This document shows positions 48,688-58,994 of a stretch of 64,000 bases of DNA, piece by piece. The position numbers were made by a program, and so were the translations under genes. Source of the DNA: Candidatus Binatia bacterium (lineage in GTDB: Bacteria > Desulfobacterota > Binatia > Bin18); the NCBI GenBank assembly GCA_963664395.2, contig OY761159.2:3136001-3200000 (forward strand). Reading direction: 5' to 3'. The first letter of the stretch is position 1, and each line of letters begins with the position of its first letter. The notes below the pieces were generated by a model that saw only the letters and a program-made list of their open reading frames with translations, made no database searches and was not told the origin of the DNA.

Positions 48688-49875
48688 CTACTTGATCACA
48701 CCCTTGTGTTTCAGTTGTTCCACCTCATCGCCGCTCACGCCCATCTCCTGCAATATCTCCCAGGTATGCTGACCCAGGGTCGGGGGGGCGAGGCGCACGG
48801 AGCCCGGTGTTTTCTTGAGCTTGGCCGGAATGCCGCCAACTTTGAGTGTGCCGACCCGCGCATGGTCCACCTCGACCGCCATATTGTTATGCCGGACTTG
48901 GGGGTCGGCAAAGGTTTCGTGAAAGGTGTTCACCGGCGCGGCCATCACGTCTGCCGCACTCAAACGCTGCATCATGTCATCTACGTCTCTTTTGGCAAAC
49001 TCGGCCTGCAACACCGCATTGAGGGCGGCTTCGTGTTGCAGGCGAAGCTCTCCGGTCTCAAAGCGTGGGTCCGCCATCAGGTCCTCGCGTTCGATCGCGC
49101 GGCAGATATTATGGAAGAACTTGTTATTGAACGAGGCAATCTGAATGTCCCGGCCATCCTTACACCTGAACGTTCCGTAGGGCGCATAAAACGGACTGGC
49201 ATTCCCGACGCGCGGCTGGATGTACTGACTGAGAAAGAATTGGCCGACCTGGGACGGCTGAACGTGGATCAGCCCGTCCATCAGACACAGCTCAATCTGC
49301 TGGCCAATGCCCTGTTGCTCGCGGGTCCACAGGCCGACCATGGCGGCAAAGGCGACCAGATTGGCACAGGTGGCGTCGGCGATGGCCGGACCGGCCTTCA
49401 GGGGCTTGCCGTCCCGCTCTCCGGTAACGCTCATAAAGCCGGTCAGCGCCTGGGCGAGGGGGTCAATGCCCGGCCGCCCGCCATACGGTCCGTCTTGGCC
49501 GAAGGCGCTGACGGAGATGCAGATAATTTTCTCGTTGTACTGACACGTTTCTTCGTACGTCACCCCCAGCTTGGCTTTGGCTTGGGGGCGGAGATTGTCG
49601 ACAATAATGTCGGCCGTTCGGACCAGCCGGAAATACAGGGCTTTGCCCTCCGGCTGGGTCAGGTCCAGCACCATGCCGCGTTTATTGCGGTTAATCCCGA
49701 CATAAAAGCCGCTATCATTCTCGACCTTGGGACCAATGGCACGGGACTCATCCCCATAGGGCGGCTCGACTTTAATCACGTCCGCGCCCATGTCGCCCAG
49801 CATGGTCGCTCCGTAGGGACCGGCTAACATGCTGGCGATATCCAGCACGCGAACCCCTTGCAGCGGCAGTGCCAT
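48688..49875 (-). CDS. CaiB/BaiF family III CoA transferase
   Basis: PLQGVRVLD, AGP, GADVIKVE, NRNKR and PPTLGQH motifs. Confidence 0.93.
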   Translation of the reverse strand: MALPLQGVRVLDIASMLAGPYGATMLGDMGADVIKVEPPYGDESRAIGPKVENDSGFYVGINRNKRGMVLDLTQPEGKALYFRLVRTADIIVDNLRPQAKAKLGVTYEETCQYNEKIICISVSAFGQDGPYGGRPGIDPLAQALTGFMSVTGERDGKPLKAGPAIADATCANLVAFAAMVGLWTREQQGIGQQIELCLMDGLIHVQPSQVGQFFLSQYIQPRVGNASPFYAPYGTFRCKDGRDIQIASFNNKFFHNICRAIEREDLMADPRFETGELRLQHEAALNAVLQAEFAKRDVDDMMQRLSAADVMAAPVNTFHETFADPQVRHNNMAVEVDHARVGTLKVGGIPAKLKKTPGSVRLAPPTLGQHTWEILQEMGVSGDEVEQLKHKGVIK

Positions 49876-50050
49876 CGGTGCCTCCTTCCCGTATTGTCAA
49901 CGTTCCAGGCATAACGCCTTGGCGCAGACGCTAGCACACCGCACCCGGAATGCCAAAGGCATGGACACTGCCCAACGTGGTCAAGGGCTAGGCTGGATGC
50001 GGTTTTTTTGCTATGCCCGAGCAAATCTATCCCAGAAGGAGGAAAATCGT

Positions 50051-50347
50051 ATGCCGCTCTATTTAGATGAGATCTATTGGGAGCCAGCCCGGACCAAAGA
50101 AGTCCATAACATGTTTAAGGGGGTATTAAGCGGAGAGACCGGCTTTCCTGAGGGGGTGACGCTGAAGGCGGGGCCATGGGCCTCGAACGAAGAGGCGAAA
50201 ATGGTGCTGGTTCTGGATATCCAGGATCATGCCAAGACCTTCACCACCTTTTCGACCCTCGTTGCCCAGGGCCTGATTACCAAACGCCGCCTCACGCCTA
50301 TTGTCGAGTGGAGCGGCATGGACGGTGTGGTGAACAATCTCTCGTGA
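50051..50347 (+). CDS. DUF3303-like small protein
   Basis: GGAGG RBS; FPEGV....PW and ..LTPIV pattern. Confidence 0.6.
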   Translation: MPLYLDEIYWEPARTKEVHNMFKGVLSGETGFPEGVTLKAGPWASNEEAKMVLVLDIQDHAKTFTTFSTLVAQGLITKRRLTPIVEWSGMDGVVNNLS

Positions 50348-50433
50348 GGCAGAAGCGGGGAGGGGGGGCTGACTCTCTGAGTGCATCAGACCTCCTTCCC
50401 GAGCCTACCCCATAACAGCTCGGTTACACAGCA

Positions 50434-51006
50434 ATGCCCGCCTCCCATCTCCCTGCTCGCCCGCGTGCTATCACCGTCTACTGCGCGTCAAGCAAACGCT
50501 GTCCGCAGGTGTATCTGGACGTAGCGGCTGAATTGGGCCAACTGCTGGCGCAGCGCGACTACACCTTAATCTATGGTGGCGGAAATACCGGCCTGATGGG
50601 AGCCGTATCCCAGTCCACGCTGGCCGCCGGCGGGCGGGTGGTCGGTGTTATCCTGACGCGCTTCCTCGAAGACGGCTACGGACAAGACGGGCATGAAATG
50701 CATACCGCCGATGATATGCGCAGCCGGAAGCAGGGGCTTGATGAACGCGGAGACGCCTTTATCACTCTTCCCGGCGGGTTTGGGACCTTTGAGGAAGTCC
50801 TTGAAGTGATCGCCCTGAAACAGCTGGGCTTCCACTCCAAGCCTATCGTGTTGGTGAATACGAACGGCTATTTCGACGGCTTGTTGCAGCAATTCGAGCG
50901 CGGCTTTGCCGAAGCGCTCATTAACGAAAAATTTCGCCACTTATACACGGCTGTCTCCACTCCTCAGCAAGCCCTTGCACATATTGAGCAGGAATTGGAC
51001 TGGTAG
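50434..51006 (+). CDS. LOG-family phosphoribohydrolase (TIGR00730-like)
   Basis: YGGGNTGLMG, RK and PGGFGTFEE motifs. Confidence 0.92.
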   Translation: MPASHLPARPRAITVYCASSKRCPQVYLDVAAELGQLLAQRDYTLIYGGGNTGLMGAVSQSTLAAGGRVVGVILTRFLEDGYGQDGHEMHTADDMRSRKQGLDERGDAFITLPGGFGTFEEVLEVIALKQLGFHSKPIVLVNTNGYFDGLLQQFERGFAEALINEKFRHLYTAVSTPQQALAHIEQELDW

Positions 51007-51063
51007 GAATGAAGAGCGTTACGAGTTGGGGGAGGGCGGTTGCTGTGATGTTACGGATTTTCA

Positions 51064-52086
51064 TTACCTCCCTTGAAACTCCGGCATCACTTCCTTGGCA
51101 AACAACTCCAACGAGCGCGTGGCCTTTTGGGGGTCGAGTCCTGGAAGCTGTGTGCCCATCACAAAATGGGTGCAGTGAAAGCGCTGACAGAACTTTTCCA
51201 TTTTACGGGCGACCTGGTCTGGGGTGCCGATCAGGGCGGCCCGGCCAAAGCCTGAGTCGCGGAGTTGGCTGGCGTGGGTGAACTGCCAGCCGTCTGCGTC
51301 GCCCGGCGCGTCGTTGGCTTCGGCCAGGATGATGCCGTAGTACTGCATGGAATAGTGCAGATGCTCCTGGACATCTTCCCAAGCCTGGTCTTCATTCTCG
51401 GCAACGTAGACCATCCGGATTTGTCCGATGTTGAAACCGGCGGGGTCATAGCCGTTTTCTCTCAGGGTCTGGATATAGAGCGGCGCGGGGTCCGGCCCGA
51501 TTGTCGCCATGAGATGGCAGCCCATTTTTGCAACGCGCTGAATCGCCTTGTCGGCCCGCGCGCCAATCCAAAGCGGAATATGCGGTTGCTGGACGGGCTT
51601 TGGAGAGAGTGTCAGGTCTTTGACTTGAGTGAAGCGGCCCTCAAACGTCACATTTTCTTCAGTCCATAAACGGCGAACCAATTCGACGCCTTCTGCCAAG
51701 CGAGCAGAACGTTCTTTGCGTGGGACATTCAAAGAATGAAACTCGGTGGCTGCATAACCTTGCCCGGCACCAAGATCAAAGCGCCCGTTTGACCAGATAT
51801 CGATGCAGGTCGTGTCTTCTGCCACACGGACCGGCTGCTGAAACGGCATCAGCAGAATATAGGTCCCGATCCGCATGCGGCTCGTGCGCGCGGCAATGGC
51901 CGCGGCTGTCGGCAGGCTGGACGGATTATAGCCATCTTCGGTGAAATGATGTTCCGCCAGCCAGACGTTGTCATAGCCGAACTCTTCAGCCCGGACGATC
52001 TGGTCAAGCAGGGCGTGATACAGCTCCGGATACGGTCGGCGCCATTGGGGTGGGTTCCGAAAGTCATGGATAATACCAAATTTCAT
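51064..52086 (-). CDS. LLM-class flavin-dependent oxidoreductase
   Basis: WLAEHHF.EDGY and PKPVQQPHIPLWIG; start reset to MKFGII. Confidence 0.92.
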   Translation of the reverse strand: MKFGIIHDFRNPPQWRRPYPELYHALLDQIVRAEEFGYDNVWLAEHHFTEDGYNPSSLPTAAAIAARTSRMRIGTYILLMPFQQPVRVAEDTTCIDIWSNGRFDLGAGQGYAATEFHSLNVPRKERSARLAEGVELVRRLWTEENVTFEGRFTQVKDLTLSPKPVQQPHIPLWIGARADKAIQRVAKMGCHLMATIGPDPAPLYIQTLRENGYDPAGFNIGQIRMVYVAENEDQAWEDVQEHLHYSMQYYGIILAEANDAPGDADGWQFTHASQLRDSGFGRAALIGTPDQVARKMEKFCQRFHCTHFVMGTQLPGLDPQKATRSLELFAKEVMPEFQGR

Positions 52087-52219
52087 ACGTGTGATCCTCT
52101 GTGGTGCCGTGTCGCACATTTGGGCCGGGCTGTCCAGTAAATAGGAATATCCAGAGAGAAAGGGCTTGTCGCCCGTCCGTTTTACTTGGTACGTTTTACA
52201 CATCTTGAGGAGGGACACG

Positions 52220-53497
52220 ATGTCAACAACACATTCTCACACAGCATCTCCACACAATGAATGGCGGACACAGACCCCCGGCCATACCGGCTGGGCACGG
52301 ACCGCGCACGCTGCTGATCCTCACAAATACTATATGGTTTCGGTCGATACGCACGGGATCGAACCTAATGATTATCTGGAAAAGCGTATTGAGAAGAAAT
52401 ACCTCGATCGTATTCCGCGCATGGAGATTGACGAGGACGGCGCGCAGTGGACGATCTGCGAGGGCATGAAACCCGTACTGGTCAAACCGGGCCGCAATTA
52501 TGAAAAACACCTGCCGGCGCTGGAGTCGTTCGAAGATATCGATATGTTTCAGCCCTACTCAAAGCGCTTTGAGGCCGAAGATGTGCGCCGCAACCATGCC
52601 GGCACCGACATCAAACGGCGTCTGGCCGACGCGGCTGCGGATGGCATTGATGCCGAGATTATTTTTCCGAACAAGGGCCTGTTGGCCTTTGGCACGCCTG
52701 ACCCGGTTTTCCAGGGCGCCATGTTCCGCGCCTGGAATCGCTGGGCGCTTGAGACCTTTGGCGATCATTGGACACGCTTCATGCCCATGGCCATGATTGC
52801 CAGCGGCGATCTTGCGGGGGCTATGGCGGAAGTGCAGTGGGCCGCGGAGCACGGCTTCAAGGGACTCACCCTGCCGAATAAACCCATCTTTGGCCCGCTC
52901 AAAGATGGCGAGCTGCAATACAACGACAAATCGTTCGAACCTCTCTGGTCGCTGATCGAAGAAGTGGACCTGCCCATGACCTTCCACGTCTCGACCGGAC
53001 GCGACCCGCGGGCGGTCGGGGGCAATGGCGGGGCGCTGATTAACTATGTTTCGCACTCGATGTCTACCGTCATGGACCCGCTCGTGCATCTGATTTCGTC
53101 CGGCGTGTTCGAGCGCCATCCCAGCCTCAAAGCCGGCTCTATCGAGGGCGGTATCGGCTGGGTACCCTGGATGGTCGAAACCCTCGACTACGCCCATAAG
53201 GCCCACCATATGTGGGTGCGTCCGGTCCTGCCCGAACCGCCCAGCTTCTATTATCGGCGCAACTGTTTCTCGGCTTTCATGAACGACCGCTCTACGCTGC
53301 TGCTGGCCGAGGAGCTGAACCTGGTCGAGAATTTTATGTGGTCGAACGACTATCCGCATCACGAAGGCAGTTGGCCGTACTCGGCTGCCAGCATCGAGCG
53401 CCAGATGGATACCTTGTCGGAAGAGAACCGCGAGAAGATTCTGGGCCTCAACGCCGCCCAGGTGTTCAAACTGGAGGCGCCGGAAACGGTAACGTAA
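52220..53497 (+). CDS. Amidohydrolase_2 family protein
   Basis: SVDTH, EGGIGW and WSNDYPHHEGSWP motifs. Confidence 0.9.
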   Translation: MSTTHSHTASPHNEWRTQTPGHTGWARTAHAADPHKYYMVSVDTHGIEPNDYLEKRIEKKYLDRIPRMEIDEDGAQWTICEGMKPVLVKPGRNYEKHLPALESFEDIDMFQPYSKRFEAEDVRRNHAGTDIKRRLADAAADGIDAEIIFPNKGLLAFGTPDPVFQGAMFRAWNRWALETFGDHWTRFMPMAMIASGDLAGAMAEVQWAAEHGFKGLTLPNKPIFGPLKDGELQYNDKSFEPLWSLIEEVDLPMTFHVSTGRDPRAVGGNGGALINYVSHSMSTVMDPLVHLISSGVFERHPSLKAGSIEGGIGWVPWMVETLDYAHKAHHMWVRPVLPEPPSFYYRRNCFSAFMNDRSTLLLAEELNLVENFMWSNDYPHHEGSWPYSAASIERQMDTLSEENREKILGLNAAQVFKLEAPETVT

Positions 53498-53498
53498 T

Positions 53499-54677
53499 AT
53501 GAAACGAAACAGGCTCATTCACCGTCTCAGGCTCTCGAACCTGCTCTCATTCGGACCGGACGCCGAGGGGCTGGAGCTTCGCCCGCTGAATGTCTTGATA
53601 GGACCCAACGGGTCTGGCAAATCCAATCTGATAGAGGCGATCAGTCTGTTCAAGGCAGCGCCGCAGGACTTGGTAGAGCCGATTCGGGAAGGTGGTGGCA
53701 TCGGTGCCTGGATATGGAAGGGTGAAGCTGCTCCACAAACCGCACAAATTGAAGCGATCATTGAAAATCCCAAGGGAAACCAAGATCTGAGATACTCCTT
53801 GACCTTTACCCAGGTCGGCCAGCGTTTCGATCTGAGTGACGAGCGGATTGAAAATGAGCAGGCGCATCCAGATCGAGAAGGGCCTTATTTCTACTTTGCG
53901 TATCTGAATGGTCGCCCGTACCTGAATCCGAGCGGGACGGGGCAGCGGCAACTGTTGCGGGAAGATGTCAACCCCGAACAGTCGATTCTCTCTCAAAGAC
54001 GGGACCCCGACAGCTACCCGGAGATTACCTATCTGGGCGATGCGCTCAGGAAAATCCGCCTCTATCGGGAATGGTCATTCGGACGCTCCACGCCGCCCCG
54101 CTTGCCCCAACCGGCGGACCTGCCGAACGACTTTCTGGCTGAAGACGGACGCAATCTTGGTTTAGTGCTCAATCTCCTACGGACAAAACCGGGCGTCAAG
54201 AAAAAATTGCTGGAAGCTTTGCGAGAGCTGAATGAAGCTATCGACGACTTCGACACCCTCATACAAGGTGGGACCGTCCAACTGTTCATGCAGGAAGGAA
54301 ACATCAGCATTCCGGCAACCCGCCTGTCCGACGGTACGCTGCGTTATTTGTGCTTGCTGGCGATTATATGTCACCCGAACCCACCGCCGCTGGTGTGTAT
54401 CGAAGAACCGGAACTCGGGCTGCATCCCGACATCCTGCCGCCTCTGGCCAAGCTATTGCTCGAAGCGTCCGAGCGGTGCCAGTTGATTGTCACGACCCAT
54501 TCCGAGGTACTGGTCGATGCCCTGACCGATTCCCCGGAGAGCATCCTGGTGTGCGAAAAGCCCAAGGACCGAACCGAAATGCGTCGTCTCGAGCGGAAAG
54601 ACCTCGCCGCCTGGCTTGAACGCTACCGATTGGGTGAACTCTGGCGCTCAGGCGAACTCGGGGGCAATCGCTGGTGA
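53499..54677 (+). CDS. AAA_21-type ABC-like ATPase
   Basis: GPNGSGKSN, LSDGT, IEEPELGLHP, TTHS and LGELW..G..GG motifs. Confidence 0.92.
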   Translation: MKRNRLIHRLRLSNLLSFGPDAEGLELRPLNVLIGPNGSGKSNLIEAISLFKAAPQDLVEPIREGGGIGAWIWKGEAAPQTAQIEAIIENPKGNQDLRYSLTFTQVGQRFDLSDERIENEQAHPDREGPYFYFAYLNGRPYLNPSGTGQRQLLREDVNPEQSILSQRRDPDSYPEITYLGDALRKIRLYREWSFGRSTPPRLPQPADLPNDFLAEDGRNLGLVLNLLRTKPGVKKKLLEALRELNEAIDDFDTLIQGGTVQLFMQEGNISIPATRLSDGTLRYLCLLAIICHPNPPPLVCIEEPELGLHPDILPPLAKLLLEASERCQLIVTTHSEVLVDALTDSPESILVCEKPKDRTEMRRLERKDLAAWLERYRLGELWRSGELGGNRW

Positions 54678-55273
54678 GAGTGAAGATTTATGTCGAAGGC
54701 GGCCCAGGCAGGCTGGATCGGGAATGCCGCCGGAGCTTCGGAAAATTCCTGGAGCGCGCCGGCCTCAGAGGCAGGATGCCGAGCATTATAGCCTGTGGTG
54801 GTCGGGATGGGGCTTATGACAGATTCTGTACGGCTCAGAGAAATGTCCACGCCAACGAATTCATCATCTTGTTGGTGGACAGCGAAGAAGGCATTGAGGC
54901 GGGTGTAGGACCCTGGGGTTTCCTTAGAAACCGTGACGGATGGAACAAGCCGTCTGGGACCGGCGAGGACAACGCTCACCTGATGGTACAGTGTATGGAA
55001 GCCTGGTTTCTGGCCGATCGTGACACTCTGGCTCAGTTTTTTGGCGACGGCTTCAATGCCAACCCTCTGCCGAATCGGCCCGATGTGGAAAATATCCCCA
55101 AATCCGATCTGTATGATGCTCTCAGAGGAGCCACCCGGGATAGCCGTAAGGGAGAATATGGAAAAGGGCCGCACTCGTTCGACCTGCTCGCCCAACTGGA
55201 CCCACAGAAGGTAGTAGCCGCTTCGCCCTATGCAAAGCGGCTTGTCGATACTCTGCTCTCCAAGTCTCGCTAG
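54674..55273 (+). CDS. DUF4276-like (TOPRIM-like) protein
   Basis: IYVEG, LLVDSE, MVQCMEAWFLAD and Y.KG.HS; 4-bp overlap with the ATPase. Confidence 0.85.
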   Translation: MRVKIYVEGGPGRLDRECRRSFGKFLERAGLRGRMPSIIACGGRDGAYDRFCTAQRNVHANEFIILLVDSEEGIEAGVGPWGFLRNRDGWNKPSGTGEDNAHLMVQCMEAWFLADRDTLAQFFGDGFNANPLPNRPDVENIPKSDLYDALRGATRDSRKGEYGKGPHSFDLLAQLDPQKVVAASPYAKRLVDTLLSKSR

Positions 55274-55309
55274 CGTCGACCCTGACGATAGGACGAAAAC
55301 TGCATCGGG

Positions 55310-56194
55310 TTACGCTACTAAAAGTTTGGCCAGCAACTGAAACTCGTGTGCCCTGGGTGAGGTGGTCCGCCAGACGAGGCCGATGGTCCGGCTCGGTTCG
55401 GGCTTCCGAAAGGGCAGAATAACAATCTGTGAAAGCTGCGGCGCCTCCACCTCCAACGAAAGCCGGGGCAGGAGGGTAATCCCGAGTCCGCCCGCGACCA
55501 TTTGGACCAGGGTGTTCAGGCTGCTGGCGCGAAAGTCTCCAACCTCGCTGGCGCCACTGGTGTGACACACGGCCAGCGCCTGGTCCCGCAAACAGTGTCC
55601 GTCGTCTAATAACAGCACCTGTTCAGCGGCGATATCAGCCTCGGTCACGCGTTTCCGCTTGGCGAGTCGGTGCTGTGCCGGGACCGCAACCACAAAGGGG
55701 TCGGTTGCCAGCGCCAGGGTCGATACGTTGCCGAGGTCGGCTTCGAGCGCCACCAGGAGGAGGTCGAGCCGGCCGTGTGACAGCAGTTCCAGCAGCCGGT
55801 GGGTCAGGTCTTCGTGCAGCCGAACCTGGAGCTGTGGATAGCGCCGGCGCAGGGCCGGCAGCGTCTTTGGCAGGAGATAGGGGGCCACGGTTGGAATCAC
55901 TCCGAGCCGCAGGGTTCCCGACAGTGGCCGGGTCAGGCTGCGGGCCAGGTCAACGAATTCACCGCTTGCCGTCAGGATACCACGCGCGAGCGGCAACAGG
56001 GTCTCCCCGGCGGGGGTGAGGAGCACCGTGCGCTGGCTGCGCTCGAACAACTGGACGCCCAACATCCGTTCGAGGTCCTTGAGCTGGGCGCTCAGGCCGG
56101 GCTGGGTGACAAAACAGGCGTCGGCCGCTGCCCGGAAGCTCAACCGCTCGGCCACGGCCACAAAATATTCTAGTTGCCGGAAGGATACATTCAT
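55310..56194 (-). CDS. oxyR: Hydrogen peroxide-sensing LysR regulator OxyR
   Basis: LysR HTH; GHCLRDQALAVC carries both redox cysteines; divergent from catalase. Confidence 0.9.
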   Translation of the reverse strand: MNVSFRQLEYFVAVAERLSFRAAADACFVTQPGLSAQLKDLERMLGVQLFERSQRTVLLTPAGETLLPLARGILTASGEFVDLARSLTRPLSGTLRLGVIPTVAPYLLPKTLPALRRRYPQLQVRLHEDLTHRLLELLSHGRLDLLLVALEADLGNVSTLALATDPFVVAVPAQHRLAKRKRVTEADIAAEQVLLLDDGHCLRDQALAVCHTSGASEVGDFRASSLNTLVQMVAGGLGITLLPRLSLEVEAPQLSQIVILPFRKPEPSRTIGLVWRTTSPRAHEFQLLAKLLVA

Positions 56195-56229
56195 AGATAA
56201 AATTTATCATAATAGTAAAAATTATCAAT
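56193..56229. promoter_or_regulatory. OxyR operator
   Basis: ATAG-N7-TTAT-N7-GTAA-N7-CAAT fits the ATAG-N7-CTAT-N7-ATAG-N7-CTAT spacing and overlaps the oxyR start codon. Confidence 0.7.
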
Positions 56230-56291
56230 TTTACTTATTAAGAGCCCTCCTTATACTGGAGCTCACATCACATTGAGGAGAGGAGAAAAAC

Positions 56292-57758
56292 ATGTCTGAG
56301 AAACGCTGTCCGGTCATGACAACGAGCGCCGGCGCGCCGGTGGCCGATAACCAGAACGCCCTGACCGCCGGTGAGCGCGGCCCGGTCCTGTTGCAGGACT
56401 ATCAACTACTCGAAAAGTTGGCCCACCAGAATCGGGAACGCATCCCCGAGCGGGTGGTCCACGCCAAGGGCTGGGGGGCGTATGGGACGTTCCGGGTCAC
56501 GCACGACATCTCTTCATACACCACGGCCAGCTGTCTTCAGCCGGGTGCGGAATGCGAGGTCATCACCCGGTTTTCTACGGTGGCCGGCGAGCTGGGGGCC
56601 GCGGATGCCGAGCGCGACGTGCGCGGGTTTGCGGTAAAATTCTACACCGAGGAAGGCAACTGGGACCTGGTCGGGAATAACACCCCGGTGTTCTTTATTC
56701 GCGATCCGTATAAATTCCCGGACTTTATCCGTACCCAGAAACGACATCCGCAAACCAACCTGCGCAGTCCGACCGCGATGTGGGATTTCTGGTCGCAATC
56801 GCCCGAGTCGCTGCACCAGGTCACTATTCTCATGTCCGACCGCGGCTGCCCGACGGCGCCCATGTTTATGAACGGCTACGGTTCGCACACGTTCAGCTTC
56901 ATCAATGCGGACAAGCAGCGTTTCTGGGTGAAGTTTCATTTCAAAACCCGACAGGGGCACCGCTACTATACCAACGCCCAGAGCGCCGAGGTGATCGGAC
57001 AGAGCCGGGAGTCCTACCAGGAAGCCCTCTTCGGCGCGATCGAACGGGGTGAGTATCCCAAGTGGGAGCTGAAGGTCCAGATCATGCCGGAAGAGGACGC
57101 CGAAAAAACGTCCTATAATCCCTTCGATCTGACCAAGGTGTGGCCGCACGCCGACTATCCGCTGATTGATGTCGGCGTGCTGGAACTCAACCGCAACCCG
57201 GATAACTACTTTGCCGAGATCGAGCAAGCCGCGTTCTCTCCATCCAATATCGTGCCGGGGATCGGATTTTCCCCGGATAAGGTGTTGCAGGCGCGCATCT
57301 TCGCCTATGCGGACGCCCACCGTTACCGCTTGGGTACGCATTATGAGGCGCTCCCGGTCAATGCGCCCAAATGCCCCGTGCATCACTACCATAAAGACGG
57401 GGCGATGCGCTTCTTTGAAACCAAGCATGGCAACACCGATGCGTACTACGAGCCCAACAGCTTTGGCGGGCCACAACAGGACGGCAGTCGGAGCGAGCCG
57501 CCGCTGAAGATTGCGGGCGACGCCGACCGCTATAATCACCGCGCGGGCAATGACGACTACACCCAGGCCGGGAACCTCTTCCGCTTGTTTGATGACGCCC
57601 AGAAACAGCGCCTCTTCAGCAATATCGCCCAGGCGATGCAGGGGGTTCCGCTAGCCATTATCGACAAGCAGCTCGCCCATTTCGACAAGGCCGACCCCGC
57701 CTACGGGAACGGGGTACGGAAGGCGCTTGGAGTCGGGTACCAGAAAAACGCCGCATAA
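56292..57758 (+). CDS. katA: Monofunctional heme catalase
   Basis: [27 protein letters not shown] and [12 protein letters not shown] motifs. Confidence 0.96.
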   Translation: MSEKRCPVMTTSAGAPVADNQNALTAGERGPVLLQDYQLLEKLAHQNRERIPERVVHAKGWGAYGTFRVTHDISSYTTASCLQPGAECEVITRFSTVAGELGAADAERDVRGFAVKFYTEEGNWDLVGNNTPVFFIRDPYKFPDFIRTQKRHPQTNLRSPTAMWDFWSQSPESLHQVTILMSDRGCPTAPMFMNGYGSHTFSFINADKQRFWVKFHFKTRQGHRYYTNAQSAEVIGQSRESYQEALFGAIERGEYPKWELKVQIMPEEDAEKTSYNPFDLTKVWPHADYPLIDVGVLELNRNPDNYFAEIEQAAFSPSNIVPGIGFSPDKVLQARIFAYADAHRYRLGTHYEALPVNAPKCPVHHYHKDGAMRFFETKHGNTDAYYEPNSFGGPQQDGSRSEPPLKIAGDADRYNHRAGNDDYTQAGNLFRLFDDAQKQRLFSNIAQAMQGVPLAIIDKQLAHFDKADPAYGNGVRKALGVGYQKNAA

Positions 57759-57769
57759 CGCTCGCTCTG

Positions 57770-57809
57770 TGTCCTCGCTCCGTAAAGAAAAGAAGAAGGA
57801 GCGAGGACA
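57770..57809. terminator. Stem-loop downstream of katA
   Basis: TGTCCTCGCTCC ... GGAGCGAGGACA, a 12-bp stem. Confidence 0.4.
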
Positions 57810-57941
57810 GCCAACGCCAAGGGCGCGGGAAACTCTTTTGAGCCGCCTGGCGTTCAGGTCAAATGGGGACCGGGCGTGCGCGACCGAGACGGATGATATA
57901 AGAATGGCCTGCGTTATCGGCTGGAGAGAGGAGGGCCATCT

Positions 57942-58961
57942 ATGGATCGAAAATACTGGTCGTTTGTGATTCCGGCGCTTGAGCCGGATTTCGCAACCGC
58001 GGTCAAAAAGCTGGAAGACCGCGGCCTTGCCGGGGTTGCCGTTCCCCAGGTGTACGGCTCGCCGTTTGTACCGCTGGCAGCCGCGGCAGTCGTGACAACG
58101 CGGCTCGAACTCGCCACCGGCATTGCCATCGGTTTGACGCGCAGCCCGTTCGAGACCGCGGTGACCTCGCTTGATCTCGACCACCTGTCCAAAGGCCGCT
58201 TCATTCTGGGGCTGGGCACCGGACCCAAACACTGGACCAACGGCTATTTCGGGATGCCGTACGACAAGCCGGTGTCGCGGCTGCGTGAGGTCGTGCAGAT
58301 TCTGCGCCACGTTGAGGACGGCGCTCGCTCCGGAGAGATGCAGCCCTGGGAGGGACAGTTCTATCAGCTCAGGTTTGATTCCTATCAACCCACGCTGCCG
58401 CCGTATCGAGAACGGATTCCCGTCTGGATTGCCGCCCTGCGCCAGCGCATGTGCGAATTGACGGGCGAGGTGGCTGACGGTTTGATCGGGCATCCGGTCT
58501 GGTCGATCGAATGGGCCCTGGGTCAGGCCCAGGAATCCGTGGCCGTCGGCGCGGCGCGCACCGGACGCGACCCCGCCGCGATTCATTTCCAGCCCTGGGT
58601 GACCGCTTCTATTGATGCCGACGAAAAGACGGCCCTGCGCGACGCCAAGCCCTGGCTGGCTTTCTACTCGGGCTTCAGCCAGTACTACCCCTATTTCGAG
58701 GCGCACGGATTCGGGGCCGAGGCACGCAAAATCAATGAAGCCTCCAAGACGATGAACTGCGTGCAGGCCGCGCAATACGTGCCCGATGAGATGGTCCGGG
58801 CCTTTGGCGCGCACGGCACGCCGGACCAAGTCCGGGAGCGGATTGAGCCCTTGTGGCAACGCGCCGACTCGATGTGCATCGTGCCGCCCAACTGGGGAAT
58901 GACACCCGATAAATTAGCGAAAAAGGTCCAGGCGATTGCCGATACCTTCTGGCCGCAGTAG
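57942..58961 (+). CDS. LLM-class oxidoreductase (F420/FMN-dependent type)
   Basis: LDHLSKGRFILGLG, IPVWIAA and GEVADGLIGH motifs. Confidence 0.88.
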   Translation: MDRKYWSFVIPALEPDFATAVKKLEDRGLAGVAVPQVYGSPFVPLAAAAVVTTRLELATGIAIGLTRSPFETAVTSLDLDHLSKGRFILGLGTGPKHWTNGYFGMPYDKPVSRLREVVQILRHVEDGARSGEMQPWEGQFYQLRFDSYQPTLPPYRERIPVWIAALRQRMCELTGEVADGLIGHPVWSIEWALGQAQESVAVGAARTGRDPAAIHFQPWVTASIDADEKTALRDAKPWLAFYSGFSQYYPYFEAHGFGAEARKINEASKTMNCVQAAQYVPDEMVRAFGAHGTPDQVRERIEPLWQRADSMCIVPPNWGMTPDKLAKKVQAIADTFWPQ

Positions 58962-58994
58962 GCAGGCGCGCCAATCTTTCTTAGGAGGAAGCCC

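Noticed and set aside
48559-49827. Long antisense ORFs (also 52559-53518, 56514-57539, 57651-58859, 16480-17319)
   Set aside because: Shadow frames opposite well-supported genes in GC-rich DNA, with no motifs.
55310-57758. oxyR-katA as a novel system
   Set aside because: A well-known divergent arrangement with a canonical operator.
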